From assembly GCA_044507065.1 (NCBI GenBank), contig JBIQJY010000003.1, positions 7,592-71,591 of the forward strand: a stretch of 64,000 nucleotides of DNA, read 5' to 3'. The notes beneath the pieces are model-generated. The model was not told the origin of the DNA and made no database searches. It saw nothing but the letters and a program-made list of their open reading frames with translations. Positions 14,276 through 25,874 of this stretch are shown piece after piece. This DNA comes from Acidobacteriota bacterium (GTDB lineage: Bacteria; Acidobacteriota; Vicinamibacteria; Vicinamibacterales; SCN-69-37). Each line of letters begins with the position of its first letter. The first letter of the stretch is position 1. Position numbers and translations under genes: made by a program.

Positions 14276-15202
14276 ATGCCGTCCATCGAGTTACGCGACG
14301 TCAGCAAGACGTTTGGTACGCACCGGGCCGTCGCCGACGTGAGTCTCGACGTTCCGACGGGAACGATCTACGGATTCATCGGCCCGAACGGATCCGGCAA
14401 GACGACGACCATCCGGATGATTCTCGACATCCTCGTCCCCGACGCGGGCACGATCGCCGTGCTCGGCCGGCCGAGTCAGTCGGCCGTTCGCGATCAGATC
14501 GGGTACCTGCCCGAGGAGCGCGGCCTCTACAAGCGGATGACCGTACGGCAGGTACTGCGGTACTACGGGCAGCTCAAGGGCCGCAGCATCGCGGAGCTGA
14601 ACCCCGTCATCGACACGTGGCTCGAGCGGCTCGACCTCGCGAAGTGGGCCGACAAGCGCGTGCAGACGCTGTCGAAGGGCATGTCGCAGAAGGTCCAGTT
14701 CATCTCGACCATCGTGTCGCGGCCGCAGCTGCTCGTGCTCGACGAGCCGTTCTCCGGCCTCGACCCGGTCAACGCCGACGAACTGCGCGACGCGGTGCTG
14801 TCGCTCCGGCGCGAGGGCACCACGATCGTCTTCTCCACCCACGACATGAGCGCGGCTGAACGGCTCTGCGATCGCATCTTCATGATCTTCCGCGGCCGCA
14901 AGGTGCTCGACGGCTCGATGGCCGAGATCCACACGAAGTTCGGCCAGGACACGATTCGCGTCCGCACCGCCGCCGGCACGCCCGCGCTCGCGGGCCTGCC
15001 CGGCATCGAGTCGGTCAATGATCTGGGCAACTACCAGGACGTGCGCGTCACCGGCAACCCACAGGCGCTGCTGCACGCGCTCGGCCAGGTGACGGCCGTC
15101 GAGCACTTCGAAATCAAGAAACCGTCGCTGCACGACATCTTCGTGCGCATCGCGCGGCCGACGGCCGAAGAACTGCGCGACGCCCGGCCGGAGGCCCGAT
15201 GA
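14276..15202 (+). CDS. ABC transporter ATP-binding protein (ABC-2/NatA-like)
   Basis: Walker A GPNGSGKTT, signature LSKGMSQK, Walker B LLVLDEPFSGLD. Confidence 0.95.
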   Translation: MPSIELRDVSKTFGTHRAVADVSLDVPTGTIYGFIGPNGSGKTTTIRMILDILVPDAGTIAVLGRPSQSAVRDQIGYLPEERGLYKRMTVRQVLRYYGQLKGRSIAELNPVIDTWLERLDLAKWADKRVQTLSKGMSQKVQFISTIVSRPQLLVLDEPFSGLDPVNADELRDAVLSLRREGTTIVFSTHDMSAAERLCDRIFMIFRGRKVLDGSMAEIHTKFGQDTIRVRTAAGTPALAGLPGIESVNDLGNYQDVRVTGNPQALLHALGQVTAVEHFEIKKPSLHDIFVRIARPTAEELRDARPEAR

Positions 15203-16497
15203 GCCGCATCCTCGTCATCGCCCGCAGCGAGTTCCTCGCCATCGTGCGCAGCAAGGCCTTCATCATCGGCGTGCTGATGGTGCCGGCCATCATCGCGGTT
15301 TCGATCGCGTTCCAGATCTTTGCGGAGCGCCGCGCTGACGTTACCGAACGGAAGGTCGCCATCATCGACCAGACCGGCGTGCTCTTCGACGCGCTGGTCG
15401 AGGCGGCCGCCGTGCACAACGCGGAAAACGAACGTGACGGAGTGCGTACCGGCCCCGCTTTCCTGCTCGAACGCATCGAGCCGGGCGCGCGGACCGACGG
15501 CGAGCTCGAACTCGTGCTGTCCGAGCGGGTGCGGGCGCGCGACCTGTTCGCGTTTGCCGATATTCCCGCCGCGCTCATCGACACGAATCGCACCGAACGC
15601 GACGAAGTGCGCTACTACACGGAGACGCCCTCCTATACGTCGCTGCCCGACTGGCTGCGCGCCACCGTCGAACGCGAGGCCGCGATCCGCCGCTTCGAGG
15701 CCGCCTCGGTGGACACGGCGCTGGTCGAGCGGCTGTCGCGCTCGACGTCGGTCGCGACGATGGGCCTGCTCTCGCGCGGCGCCGACGGCACCATCGTCGA
15801 GGCCCAGCAGGTCAGCGGGCTGCAGACGTTTGTCGTCCCGTTCGCACTGGCTTACCTGTTGTTCATTGCGCTGATGTCGGCGGCACCGCAACTGCTGACC
15901 GCCGTCGTCGAGGAGAAGATGAGCCGAATCAGCGAGGTGCTGCTGGCGGCCGTCTCGCCGTCGCAGCTGATGGCCGGCAAGCTGCTGGGAGTGTCGGCCG
16001 TTGCCGTCCTGCTGGCCGTGCTGTACGTGACGGGCGGCGTCTACCTGCTGATCTCGACGGGCCAGCCCGACCTGGTGCCCGTGCGCCTGCTCGGCTGGTT
16101 CGCCGTGTACCTCGTCGCCGCTGTCCTGATGTACGGCTCGATCTTCGTCGCGATCGGCGCGGCCTGCTCGGACCTGAAGGACTCGCAGTCGATGATGCAG
16201 CCGGTCATGCTGTTCCTGCTGCTGCCTCTGCTCGCCTCGCCCATCGTCATCCGATCGCCCGATTCCACGCTGTCGGTCCTCCTCTCGCTGTTCCCGACGG
16301 CCACGCCCTTCCTCATGCTGATCCGCCTCGCGCTGACGCCCTCGCCGCCGATGTGGCAGGTGGCCCTGTCGGTGGTGCTCACCGCGGGCGCCATTGCCGG
16401 CATCATCTGGGTGGCCGGCCGCATCCTGCGCGTGGGCCTGCTCATGCAGGGCAAACCGCCAAACCTGCCGGAGCTCATGCGGTGGATCAGGCAGTAG
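15199..16497 (+). CDS. ABC-2 type transporter permease (NatB-like)
   Basis: Start overlaps the ATPase stop (ATGA). N-terminal TM helix, large extracytoplasmic loop, C-terminal bundle of TM helices. Confidence 0.85.
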   Translation: MSRILVIARSEFLAIVRSKAFIIGVLMVPAIIAVSIAFQIFAERRADVTERKVAIIDQTGVLFDALVEAAAVHNAENERDGVRTGPAFLLERIEPGARTDGELELVLSERVRARDLFAFADIPAALIDTNRTERDEVRYYTETPSYTSLPDWLRATVEREAAIRRFEAASVDTALVERLSRSTSVATMGLLSRGADGTIVEAQQVSGLQTFVVPFALAYLLFIALMSAAPQLLTAVVEEKMSRISEVLLAAVSPSQLMAGKLLGVSAVAVLLAVLYVTGGVYLLISTGQPDLVPVRLLGWFAVYLVAAVLMYGSIFVAIGAACSDLKDSQSMMQPVMLFLLLPLLASPIVIRSPDSTLSVLLSLFPTATPFLMLIRLALTPSPPMWQVALSVVLTAGAIAGIIWVAGRILRVGLLMQGKPPNLPELMRWIRQ

Positions 16498-16531
16498 GGA
16501 GAAGAGGCGACAGGCTAGAGTCTTATCCCGG

Positions 16532-17773
16532 ATGTCTTTCGATGCCGATGTGATTGTCGCCGGCGCCGGACCCGCCGGTGCGGTGGCGGCCCGGACACTG
16601 GCCGCTGCCGGTTTCGACACACTGCTCGTCGACCGCGCCACGTTCCCGCGCAACAAGCCGTGCGGCGGCGGCATCAGCACGCGGGCGCTGAAACGGCTGC
16701 CGTGGCTGGCCACTGCACTCGCCGGCGTCGACCAGCACTGGATCTCGCGGCTCCACCTCGAGGGGCCCGATCGCATCGCGTTCGAGGTCGACAGTCCCAC
16801 ACCCTGCGTGTTTACCGTCCGGCGCGTGGAACTCGATCACGCGCTCGTCACCGACGCACTGGGCCGCGGCGCCCGCATCACGACGGGTTTCGAGATCACG
16901 CAGGCTGCGTCGGATGCCGAGGGCACGACGATTCAGGCCCGCGACGGCCGCCGCCTGCGGGCGCGCACGGTCATCGCGGCTGACGGCGTACACAGCGTGA
17001 TGGCCAAGCGCCTCGGCCTGAACGTCCGCTGGCGCCGGACCCACCTGGCCATCGACATGATGGAGGAGACACCCACCGATACCCTGCGCGCCGATCGCCC
17101 GGACGTGCTGTGGGTGGCCTACGCCTACAACGGCCTCGACGGCTACTCCTACGTGTTCCCCAAGGCGCACCACGTCAACGTCGGCATCGGCTGCCTGCTC
17201 TCGCACTTCGATGCCGCCGTCGATGCGCGCCCCTACGATCTGCAGGCAGCATTCGTCGCCGCGCTGGTCGACAGGGGCGTGCTGCACGGCCGATCCGATC
17301 GCGGCGCCTTCACGCCCTTCCTCATCCCGGTCGGCGGCCCGCTGGCCGAGACGTGGCGCGGCCGCGTGCTCCTCGCCGGCGACGCCGGTGGTTTCGTCAA
17401 TGGCGTGACTGCCGAGGGCATCTACTACGCCATGGTGTCCGGGGAACTGGCCGGACGCGCCGTGGCTGCCGCGCGACAGGCGCGATCCGACGATGCCGGC
17501 GCGCGGTACGAACGCTTGTGGCGCGCGGAAATCGGCGCGGAGCTGGCCGATGCGGCCGTGCTGCAGCGGTACCTCTTCGCGGCGCAATCGCGCGTGGCCG
17601 GCCTCGTGCGTCGCGCCTCGGGTGCCGGGCGGCTCACCGATCAGCTGCTGCGGTACTTTCGCGGTGATCTGCCGTACCGCGCGCTGCGCCGCCGCATTGC
17701 GATGCGCCATCCGGTGACGGCCCTGAAGCTCGCACGCGTGTGGATGTCGGCGCGTCGGGAGCCCGCATCATGA
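16532..17773 (+). CDS. FAD-dependent oxidoreductase, geranylgeranyl reductase family
   Basis: ATG 16532 gives MSFDADVIVAGAGPAGAVAARTLAAAGFDTLLVDR (dinucleotide fold) followed by NKPCGGGIS. Confidence 0.85.
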   Translation: MSFDADVIVAGAGPAGAVAARTLAAAGFDTLLVDRATFPRNKPCGGGISTRALKRLPWLATALAGVDQHWISRLHLEGPDRIAFEVDSPTPCVFTVRRVELDHALVTDALGRGARITTGFEITQAASDAEGTTIQARDGRRLRARTVIAADGVHSVMAKRLGLNVRWRRTHLAIDMMEETPTDTLRADRPDVLWVAYAYNGLDGYSYVFPKAHHVNVGIGCLLSHFDAAVDARPYDLQAAFVAALVDRGVLHGRSDRGAFTPFLIPVGGPLAETWRGRVLLAGDAGGFVNGVTAEGIYYAMVSGELAGRAVAAARQARSDDAGARYERLWRAEIGAELADAAVLQRYLFAAQSRVAGLVRRASGAGRLTDQLLRYFRGDLPYRALRRRIAMRHPVTALKLARVWMSARREPAS

Positions 17774-19659
17774 AGGGCCGGGCTCTCATCGAAAGCGTCC
17801 GCGCCCTCGTGCTCGTCCTCGCGTGGGTGGCTGTGGCGCCGCCCGCCCTTGCACAGCCCGCCGCCGAGATCGTCTACCGCGTGTCGTTCCCCGAGCCGGA
17901 GCACCACTGGATGGAAGTGGAGGTGACGTTCCGGGATCTCGGTGACGCGCCGCTTCGGGTACTGATGAGCCGCGCCTCGCCGGGCCGATACGCCACCCAC
18001 GAGTTCGCGAAGAACATCTTCGCGATTGACGCCTGGGATGGGGGCGGGCGGCCTCTGGCCATGGCGCGCACGGATACCAATGCCTGGGACGTGGCCGGCC
18101 ATGACGGCACGGTCCGCATCGTCTACCGCATCTTCGGCGACCACGTGGACGGCACCTACATGGCCGTCGACACGACGCACGCGCACCTGAACGCGCCTGC
18201 CGCCTTCCTGTGGGCCGCCGGCCTCGAGTCGCGGCCGATTCGCGTCACGTTCTCGCCGCCCGACCACGCGGCGTGGACGGTCGGGACCCAGCTGTTCCCC
18301 ACCGAGGACCCGTACACGTTCACCGCCCCCGGCCTGCCGTATTTCCTCGACAGCCCGGTCGAGCTGGCGAACCTCATCGAGAGTTCCTTTGTCGTCGCCG
18401 GGCCGGCGGGCCGCTTCGCGACGTTCCGTCTGCTCGTGCACGCGGAGGCGACGGCTGCCGATGTGGCCGCCCTGGCCGCCAGCGTGCAGCGTCTGGCGCA
18501 GGAACAGATGGCCGTCTTCGATGAACTGCCGGACTTCGAACCCGGGCACTACACGTTCCTGCTCGACTACCTGCCGTGGGTCGACGCCGACGCAATGGAA
18601 CACCGCAACAGCACGGTCATCACATCGCCGGGCGTATCGCTGTCGACACCGGCGGGCCGTGCAGCCGCCTTCGACTCGATCTCGCACGAGCTGTTTCACG
18701 TCTGGAACGTGGAACGCATCCGGCCGGCCGACCTCGAACCGTTCGACTTCACGCGCGCCAACGTCAGCTGCTGCCTGTGGATGGCCGAGGGGTTCACGCA
18801 GTACTACGGGCCGCTGTTGCTGCGACGCGCCGGCCTGGCGGCCGGTGTGCCGGCCGGGAGCGCGATTGCCGCCACGAACGGCCCCGGCCGGTCCGTTCGC
18901 TCCGTCGTCGGGATGAGCCAGCAGGCGCCATTCGTCGATGCGGGCCTGGCCAACGACCCCGACGACCGCAGCCGGACGTTCATCTCCTATTACACGTGGG
19001 GCGCGGCGGTCGCGCTCGGGCTCGACCTGACGCTGCGGGAACGGAGTGACGGTCGGCTGTCGCTCGACGACTACATGCGGCGGCTCTGGCAGCAGTTCGG
19101 CGCGACCCGTCCCGACGTGCCGGGCACGGCGCCCACGCCGTACACGATGGACGACCTCCGACGGACGCTCGGCGAGGTGGCCGGTGACCAGGCCTTTGCC
19201 GACGAGTTCTTCGGCCGCTACATCGAAGGACGCGAGGTCGTGGACTATCAGCGGCTCCTCGCGCTGGCCGGCTACGACCTCCGACTGGCCGCGCCCGGCC
19301 GGGGATGGGTTGGTGATGTCGTGGTCCGGGAAGGGCGCGGCGGCCTGGTCGTCGGCGCCGCCGGCGCACTGGTGGCCTTCGATACGCCGCTCTACGCGGC
19401 CGGCATCGACGCCGGCGACGTCATCGTGTCGATCGACGGCCAGTCCGCGACGCGCGCCGCGTGGGACGCGCTGACCCGTCGATCGCCCGGCGAGCGCGTC
19501 CCACTCGTTGTCGCGCGACGCGACGGCACCCGCGTCGGCACGACGGTGACGATTGGCAGCGACCCGGCGCTCCGGATTGTTCCGCTCGAATCCACCGGCG
19601 CGCTCACGCCCGCGCAGCGCGCCTTCCGCGACAACTGGCTCGGGTCGAAGGCGCAGTAG
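17770..19659 (+). CDS. M61 family glycyl aminopeptidase-like metalloprotease with C-terminal PDZ domain
   Basis: Signal peptide (LVLVLAWVAVAPPALAQP), HExxH zinc motif HELFHVWN, and PDZ-like GIDAGDVIVSIDG. The start could instead be GTG 17740. Confidence 0.85.
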   Translation: MKGRALIESVRALVLVLAWVAVAPPALAQPAAEIVYRVSFPEPEHHWMEVEVTFRDLGDAPLRVLMSRASPGRYATHEFAKNIFAIDAWDGGGRPLAMARTDTNAWDVAGHDGTVRIVYRIFGDHVDGTYMAVDTTHAHLNAPAAFLWAAGLESRPIRVTFSPPDHAAWTVGTQLFPTEDPYTFTAPGLPYFLDSPVELANLIESSFVVAGPAGRFATFRLLVHAEATAADVAALAASVQRLAQEQMAVFDELPDFEPGHYTFLLDYLPWVDADAMEHRNSTVITSPGVSLSTPAGRAAAFDSISHELFHVWNVERIRPADLEPFDFTRANVSCCLWMAEGFTQYYGPLLLRRAGLAAGVPAGSAIAATNGPGRSVRSVVGMSQQAPFVDAGLANDPDDRSRTFISYYTWGAAVALGLDLTLRERSDGRLSLDDYMRRLWQQFGATRPDVPGTAPTPYTMDDLRRTLGEVAGDQAFADEFFGRYIEGREVVDYQRLLALAGYDLRLAAPGRGWVGDVVVREGRGGLVVGAAGALVAFDTPLYAAGIDAGDVIVSIDGQSATRAAWDALTRRSPGERVPLVVARRDGTRVGTTVTIGSDPALRIVPLESTGALTPAQRAFRDNWLGSKAQ

Positions 19660-19708
19660 CCGCCCCGGCCGCGGCGCCTCCACGTGTCGCACTTCCGGAA
19701 CTTGGCGA

Positions 19709-19738
19709 TTGACGACGCCCGGGAAACCTTGCGACAAT
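19709..19738 (+). promoter_or_regulatory. candidate sigma-70 promoter for the GAF/sigma-54 activator gene
   Basis: TTGACG (19709-19714), 18-nt spacer, GACAAT (19733-19738), about 30 nt upstream of ATG 19770. Confidence 0.3.
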
Positions 19739-19769
19739 CCTGCTGTCGACATCGCCCGATCCGACATTT

Positions 19770-21353
<1,584 letters not shown>

Positions 21354-21418
21354 TCCGCGGCCGTGGCATGATGCTCGGCGTTTCGCGTCCATGAACCGGA
21401 CGCTGGAGGAAATGCCCG

Positions 21419-21718
21419 ATGCTGGTGCACGCCGTCTATTTCTGGCTCAAGGACGATCTGTCCGAAGCCGACCGTCAGAAGTTCGTCCGGGGGGTCAGGT
21501 CCCTCGAGTCCATCCCCGGCTCGGAGGGCTGCTACATCGGCGTCCCGGCCGCCACCGACCGCCCGGTGATCGACCGCACGTATGACTACGCCCTCGTCGT
21601 GCTCTTCAAGGACATGGCCGCGCACGACGCCTACCAGGTGCATCCCGTGCACGACGCCTTCCGCAACGAGTGCGCGAGCCTGTGGAAGCGGGTTCAGATT
21701 TACGATTCGGAGGGGTAA
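21419..21718 (+). CDS. Dabb (stress-responsive dimeric alpha/beta barrel) family protein
   Basis: 99 aa: MLVHAVYFWLKDD...HDAYQVHPVHDAF... Confidence 0.8.
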   Translation: MLVHAVYFWLKDDLSEADRQKFVRGVRSLESIPGSEGCYIGVPAATDRPVIDRTYDYALVVLFKDMAAHDAYQVHPVHDAFRNECASLWKRVQIYDSEG

Positions 21719-21737
21719 GAACGGGGCGGGAGCGAAC

Positions 21738-21766
21738 GGTGCGCGCCGGCCTGTCCGACGCGCACC
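21738..21766. terminator. GC-rich hairpin between convergent genes (possible bidirectional terminator, no U-tract)
   Basis: GGTGCGCG (21738-21745) pairs with CGCGCACC (21759-21766) around a 13-nt loop. Confidence 0.3.
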
Positions 21767-21826
21767 AGTCCCTGTCTGACACGAATGGCCGACCCGGTCG
21801 CCCGGATCGGCGCAGGTAAGAGCGCG

Positions 21827-22285
21827 CTACTTGACGACGAGCGTCCCGCGCATGCCCGCGGCGAAGTGCCCCGGGAAGCTGCAGATGAACGTATAGCTGC
21901 CAGCGGTGGCCGGCACCTTGAACGTCACTTCCACCGTCTCGCCCGCGCCGGCCATCGCCGTCGACGCGAGCACCTCGCCCTTGCGCGCCGCCGGGATGTA
22001 GGCGGTCGCCGCGGCCAGCGCCGACTCGTTGGCGAACGTGGTCGCGTTGGCGCCCTGCGCCAGCAGCACGAAGTTGTGCTGCATCGCGATCTTCGGCATC
22101 GTGCCCACGGCCTTCAGCCGCACGGTCAGCTGCTCACCGGGGCGAGCATTGATCGTGGTCACGCTGAACTTCATCTGATCGGTGCCCTCGATCTCGATCA
22201 CGCGGGGGCCCTGCGCCTGCACGAACAAGGTCGACGAGGCCACCGCGGCAGCCAATACCAGTGAGAAAAACGACGCACGCTTCAT
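21827..22285 (-). CDS. azurin-like type-1 copper protein (cupredoxin)
   Basis: ATG 22283-22285 gives signal peptide MKRASFFSLVLAAAVASSTLFVQAQ. Cu ligands lie in MQHNFVL and FICSFPGHFAAGM (H...C-x4-H-x4-M). Confidence 0.9.
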   Translation of the reverse strand: MKRASFFSLVLAAAVASSTLFVQAQGPRVIEIEGTDQMKFSVTTINARPGEQLTVRLKAVGTMPKIAMQHNFVLLAQGANATTFANESALAAATAYIPAARKGEVLASTAMAGAGETVEVTFKVPATAGSYTFICSFPGHFAAGMRGTLVVK

Positions 22286-22539
22286 GATGTGTAGTCCTTT
22301 CGCAGCCGCGGCCGCCAAACGGCGGCCGGACGGCATGAGCCCCGCAATGACGAACAACAACCACGGTCAGGCAGCTGGCTCCCCGCTGCGCGCCGAACGG
22401 TGACACACCGATGACTACAATGATATTCAACGACGATGCCAGATGGCGAGTCCGGCGATCGCTGTGCCGGCATCCCGTTCCGGACCGACGGCGCGGGAAA
22501 AACGCCCTGCCGCCGCTGTGTTTTCCCGAGTAGAGGACA

Positions 22540-23481
22540 ATGCTCCCATCCTCGCGCCAGGCCGGATCCGCGGTCGACCGTCGCCTCCAGGCATATCTCG
22601 AACTGCTCCGGCCGGCTAACGTCGCCACGGCGCTTGCCGACGTGCTGGCGGGTGCGGCGGTGGCCACGGGCGGCCGCGTGTCCGGCGCACTGGCGTGGCT
22701 GCTGGCGGCCTCAGCCTGCCTCTACGCCGGCGGCATCGTCCTCAACGACTACTTCGACCGCCAGCTGGACGCGCGGGAGCGACCAGAACGCCCCATTCCC
22801 AGCCACCGGATTGCCGCCTCCACCGCCGCCTGGCTCGGTGCCGCGCTGCTGGCGCTTGGCATTGCCGGCGCGGCCCTCGCCGGCCGCGCGCCACTGGTCG
22901 TGGCGACCGCGCTCGCCGCGGCGATCGTGACCTACGACGCCTGGGGCAAGCATCGCGCATTCATCGGGCCGGTCAACATGGGCCTGTGCCGCGCGCTCAA
23001 CCTGCTGCTGGGCATCTCGCTCGTGCCGGCCGTTCTCGGCAGCCACGGGGCCCTGGGCTTGCTCCCGCTCGTCTATATCGCAGCCGTCACGATGGTGAGT
23101 CGTGGCGAGGTGAGCGGCGCCAAGCGTCCCGTGGCCCTCGCGGCATTCATCCTCGTCGCCGCGGTCATCGCCGCGCTGGCCTGGGTGTCAGCCGCGATGC
23201 GTCCCCTGCCCGCAACTGCATGGAATTCCGCACCACTGCAGCTCGCGACAGCCCTCACACTCGCCGCGTGGCTCGCCTGGCGTGTCCTGCCAGCGTTCTG
23301 GCGCGCCGTGCAGGACCCGGTCCCCGCCATCGTCAGGCGCGCGGTCAGGACGGGTGTGCTGTCGCTCGTGCTGGTCGACGGCGTGATTGCGGCCTCGTAC
23401 GCCGGTATCATTTATGTTCTGGCCGTACTCGCGACCGGTCTGCTGGCCTGGTGGCTGGCGCGGCTGTTCGCGGTCACCTGA
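22540..23481 (+). CDS. eboC: UbiA-family prenyltransferase (EboC-like)
   Basis: Polytopic protein with the Asp-rich motif LNDYFDRQLDARERPERPIPS. First gene of an ebo-type cluster. Confidence 0.85.
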   Translation: MLPSSRQAGSAVDRRLQAYLELLRPANVATALADVLAGAAVATGGRVSGALAWLLAASACLYAGGIVLNDYFDRQLDARERPERPIPSHRIAASTAAWLGAALLALGIAGAALAGRAPLVVATALAAAIVTYDAWGKHRAFIGPVNMGLCRALNLLLGISLVPAVLGSHGALGLLPLVYIAAVTMVSRGEVSGAKRPVALAAFILVAAVIAALAWVSAAMRPLPATAWNSAPLQLATALTLAAWLAWRVLPAFWRAVQDPVPAIVRRAVRTGVLSLVLVDGVIAASYAGIIYVLAVLATGLLAWWLARLFAVT

Positions 23482-23483
23482 CG

Positions 23484-24713
23484 ATGGGCACCATTCAGCA
23501 GCACGTTCGTGTCACGTTCGGCTTCCCCGTCTGCTTCACGACGGGGGTATTCGATGTGGCCAATCCCCTGCTCCGAGATCTGGTCGCGACCACCGACGAT
23601 CCGGCCCCGGCCGACATGGTCGTGGTCGTCGACGAGGGGGTCGCCACCGCGCATCCGGGCCTGCTCGAGCGGATCGACCAGTACGCCGCCGCCCACGCCG
23701 CGCATCTCCGGCTGGCCGGTCCCGTGCTGGTCGTGACCGGCGGCGAGTCGGCGAAGAACGGCACCGCCACGCTCGACGCCATCCACACGCTCATCCACGA
23801 CGCCCGGCTCTGCCGCCACTCCTATGTGGTCGCCGTCGGCGGCGGCGCGGTCCTCGACGTGGCCGGGTATGCGGCAGCCACCGCGCACCGCGGTATCCGG
23901 CTCATCCGCGTGGCCACCACGGTGCTCTCCCAGGACGACTCGGCCGTTGGCGTGAAGAACGGCATCAACGCCTTCGGCAAGAAGAACTACTTCGGCACGT
24001 TCGCGCCGCCGACGGCGGTGATCAACGATGCGGCGTTTCTCGCCACGCTCGACGACCGCGACTGGCTGGGCGGCCTGTCGGAAGCCGTGAAGGTGGCCCT
24101 CATCAAGGATCCCGCCTTTCTCGACACGATCGAGTTGCTCGCGCCGGACCTCGTCGCGCGCGACAGCCAGGCCATGGCCCGTGTGGTGCGCCAGTCGGCG
24201 CTGCTGCACGCCGCGCACATCAGTAACGGCGGCGATCCGTTCGAACTGGGCTCATCGCGCCCGCTCGACTTCGGGCACTGGTCGGCGCACCGCCTCGAGC
24301 ACCTCACCAGCCACGCACTGCGCCACGGCGAGGCCGTGGCCGTCGGCGTGGCCCTCGACTGCACCTATTCCTGGCTCATCGGCGAACTGGCCGAGGCCGA
24401 CTGGCGGCGCATCGTCGAACTGCTGCTGGCGCTGCGGCTGCCCGTCTACGTGCCCGAGCTCGGCGCGCACCTCGACACGCCGGATCATCCGCGCTCCGTG
24501 CTGGCCGGACTTGCCGAGTTCCGCGAACACCTGGGCGGCCGCCTGACGGTTCTGCTGCTGCGCGGCATCGGGCGCGCCTTCGAGGCCAACTCGATCGACG
24601 CGGAGAGTATGATCAGGAGCATCGAAGTTCTGCGGCAGGTTGGCGCGGCGCGGTCCACGCTCGGTATTGGCGATGGACAGCAGGCGCTCGCCTCCGCACG
24701 AGGAGCGTCATGA
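23484..24713 (+). CDS. eboD: 3-dehydroquinate synthase family / sugar-phosphate cyclase homologue (EboD-like)
   Basis: ATG 23484 (MGTIQQHVRVTFGFPVCFT...). Has GGGAVLDVAGYAA and the metal-binding His region HISNGGDPFE...FGHWSAH...HGEAVAVG. Confidence 0.85.
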   Translation: MGTIQQHVRVTFGFPVCFTTGVFDVANPLLRDLVATTDDPAPADMVVVVDEGVATAHPGLLERIDQYAAAHAAHLRLAGPVLVVTGGESAKNGTATLDAIHTLIHDARLCRHSYVVAVGGGAVLDVAGYAAATAHRGIRLIRVATTVLSQDDSAVGVKNGINAFGKKNYFGTFAPPTAVINDAAFLATLDDRDWLGGLSEAVKVALIKDPAFLDTIELLAPDLVARDSQAMARVVRQSALLHAAHISNGGDPFELGSSRPLDFGHWSAHRLEHLTSHALRHGEAVAVGVALDCTYSWLIGELAEADWRRIVELLLALRLPVYVPELGAHLDTPDHPRSVLAGLAEFREHLGGRLTVLLLRGIGRAFEANSIDAESMIRSIEVLRQVGAARSTLGIGDGQQALASARGAS

Positions 24714-25021
24714 CGTCCGGTCCACAGTCCTCGCCGCTCACCCCGGTGGAGCTGGTCGACGAGTACTTCATCGAGAACCGCAACCGCGTGGTCGAGGTGG
24801 CCGCATTTCTCGATCGACTCGATCGCGCCGATTCGGCCATCGCCGCAACCGACTTCCGGGTGCGTGCGCTCTCCGACGCCATTGCCATACTGGCGAGTGG
24901 GTCGGGCAATCGCGTGCGCGAGATCCAGATGCTGCTGAGCGACCCGACCACCGAGCCGCGCCCGGCGCTCGATCGCAAGGGCGCCGTGGGCGCGTGGCCC
25001 GGCCGTGAGGAGGCGCGCTGA
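24710..25021 (+). CDS. hypothetical 103-aa protein in the eboA slot of the cluster
   Basis: ATGA overlap with eboD and a 1-nt overlap with the TatD gene. No motif recognised. Confidence 0.6.
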   Translation: MTSGPQSSPLTPVELVDEYFIENRNRVVEVAAFLDRLDRADSAIAATDFRVRALSDAIAILASGSGNRVREIQMLLSDPTTEPRPALDRKGAVGAWPGREEAR

Positions 25022-25860
25022 TGCGCTACATCGATCATCACGCGCACATGGCGTCGCGCACGACCGACGACTACGCCGCGATGGCCCTCACCGGTTGCGT
25101 GGCCGTGAGCGAGCCGGCGTTCTGGGCCGGCTGGGATCGCAGTACGCCGGAAGGGTTCGAGGACTACTTCCGCCAGTTGATGGAGTTCGAGCCGAAACGC
25201 GCGGCGGCCGCCGGGCTGCAGCACTACACGTGGCTCGGCATGAACCCGAAGGAATCCGACAATCGCGAGATCTCGACGGCCGTGCTCAGTCGTCTCCCGC
25301 CCCTGCTGGCCGGGCCGACCGTGCTCGGCGTCGGTGAAATCGGCCTGAATCGCGTCACGCGCAACGAGATTGCGACCTACACCGAGCAGGTGGCGCTCGC
25401 CGCGCGCGACAGGCACCTCGTGCTCATCCACACGCCCCACCTCGAGGACAAGCTGAAGGGCACGCGCATCACCCTCGACGTGCTGCGCCAGTTCCCGGCC
25501 CTGCCGCCGGGACGCGTGCTCGTGGATCACGCCGAGGAACACACCATCGAGGAGATCCTCGATGGCGGTTTCTGGGCCGGGCTGACGCTCTATCCGCAGA
25601 CCAAGGTCTCGGCGCCGCGGGCCGTCGACATGATCGAAAAGTACGGCCCGGAACGGATCCTGGTGGCCGGTGCGTGCGACTGGGGCCCGAGCGAACCGCT
25701 CGCCGTGCCGAAGTTCATCGCCGAAATGCGCCGGCGTCGGCACGCCGAGCCGCTCATCCACCGGGTGGTGTTCGAGAATCCGGCGGCCTTTCTCGGCCAG
25801 TCACCGAAGTTCCGGCTGCCCGAGGGTGTTTCGGCCGCGGCCGCGGGCCAGGCAGGCTAG
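25021..25860 (+). CDS. eboB: TatD-family metal-dependent hydrolase (EboB-like)
   Basis: [11 protein letters not shown]-terminal His pair, plus GEIGLN and LIHTPH motifs of the amidohydrolase/TatD fold. Confidence 0.85.
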   Translation: MRYIDHHAHMASRTTDDYAAMALTGCVAVSEPAFWAGWDRSTPEGFEDYFRQLMEFEPKRAAAAGLQHYTWLGMNPKESDNREISTAVLSRLPPLLAGPTVLGVGEIGLNRVTRNEIATYTEQVALAARDRHLVLIHTPHLEDKLKGTRITLDVLRQFPALPPGRVLVDHAEEHTIEEILDGGFWAGLTLYPQTKVSAPRAVDMIEKYGPERILVAGACDWGPSEPLAVPKFIAEMRRRRHAEPLIHRVVFENPAAFLGQSPKFRLPEGVSAAAAGQAG

Positions 25861-25874
25861 CGGCGGACCCCATC

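Noticed and set aside
22376-22390. Sigma-54-like TGGCTCCCCGCTGC upstream of eboC
   Set aside because: The GG-to-GC spacing is one nucleotide short of the invariant -24/-12 spacing and the -12 element lacks TTGC. Probably chance in GC-rich DNA.
22426-22442. Minus-strand CTGGCATCGTCGTTGAA about 140 nt upstream of the azurin-like gene, considered as a target for the adjacent orphan GAF/sigma-54 activator (19770..21353)
   Set aside because: The spacing is correct, but the -12 element reads TTGA instead of TTGC (the conserved C is missing). It is too weak to call without conservation or TSS data, so the target of that activator remains unidentified.
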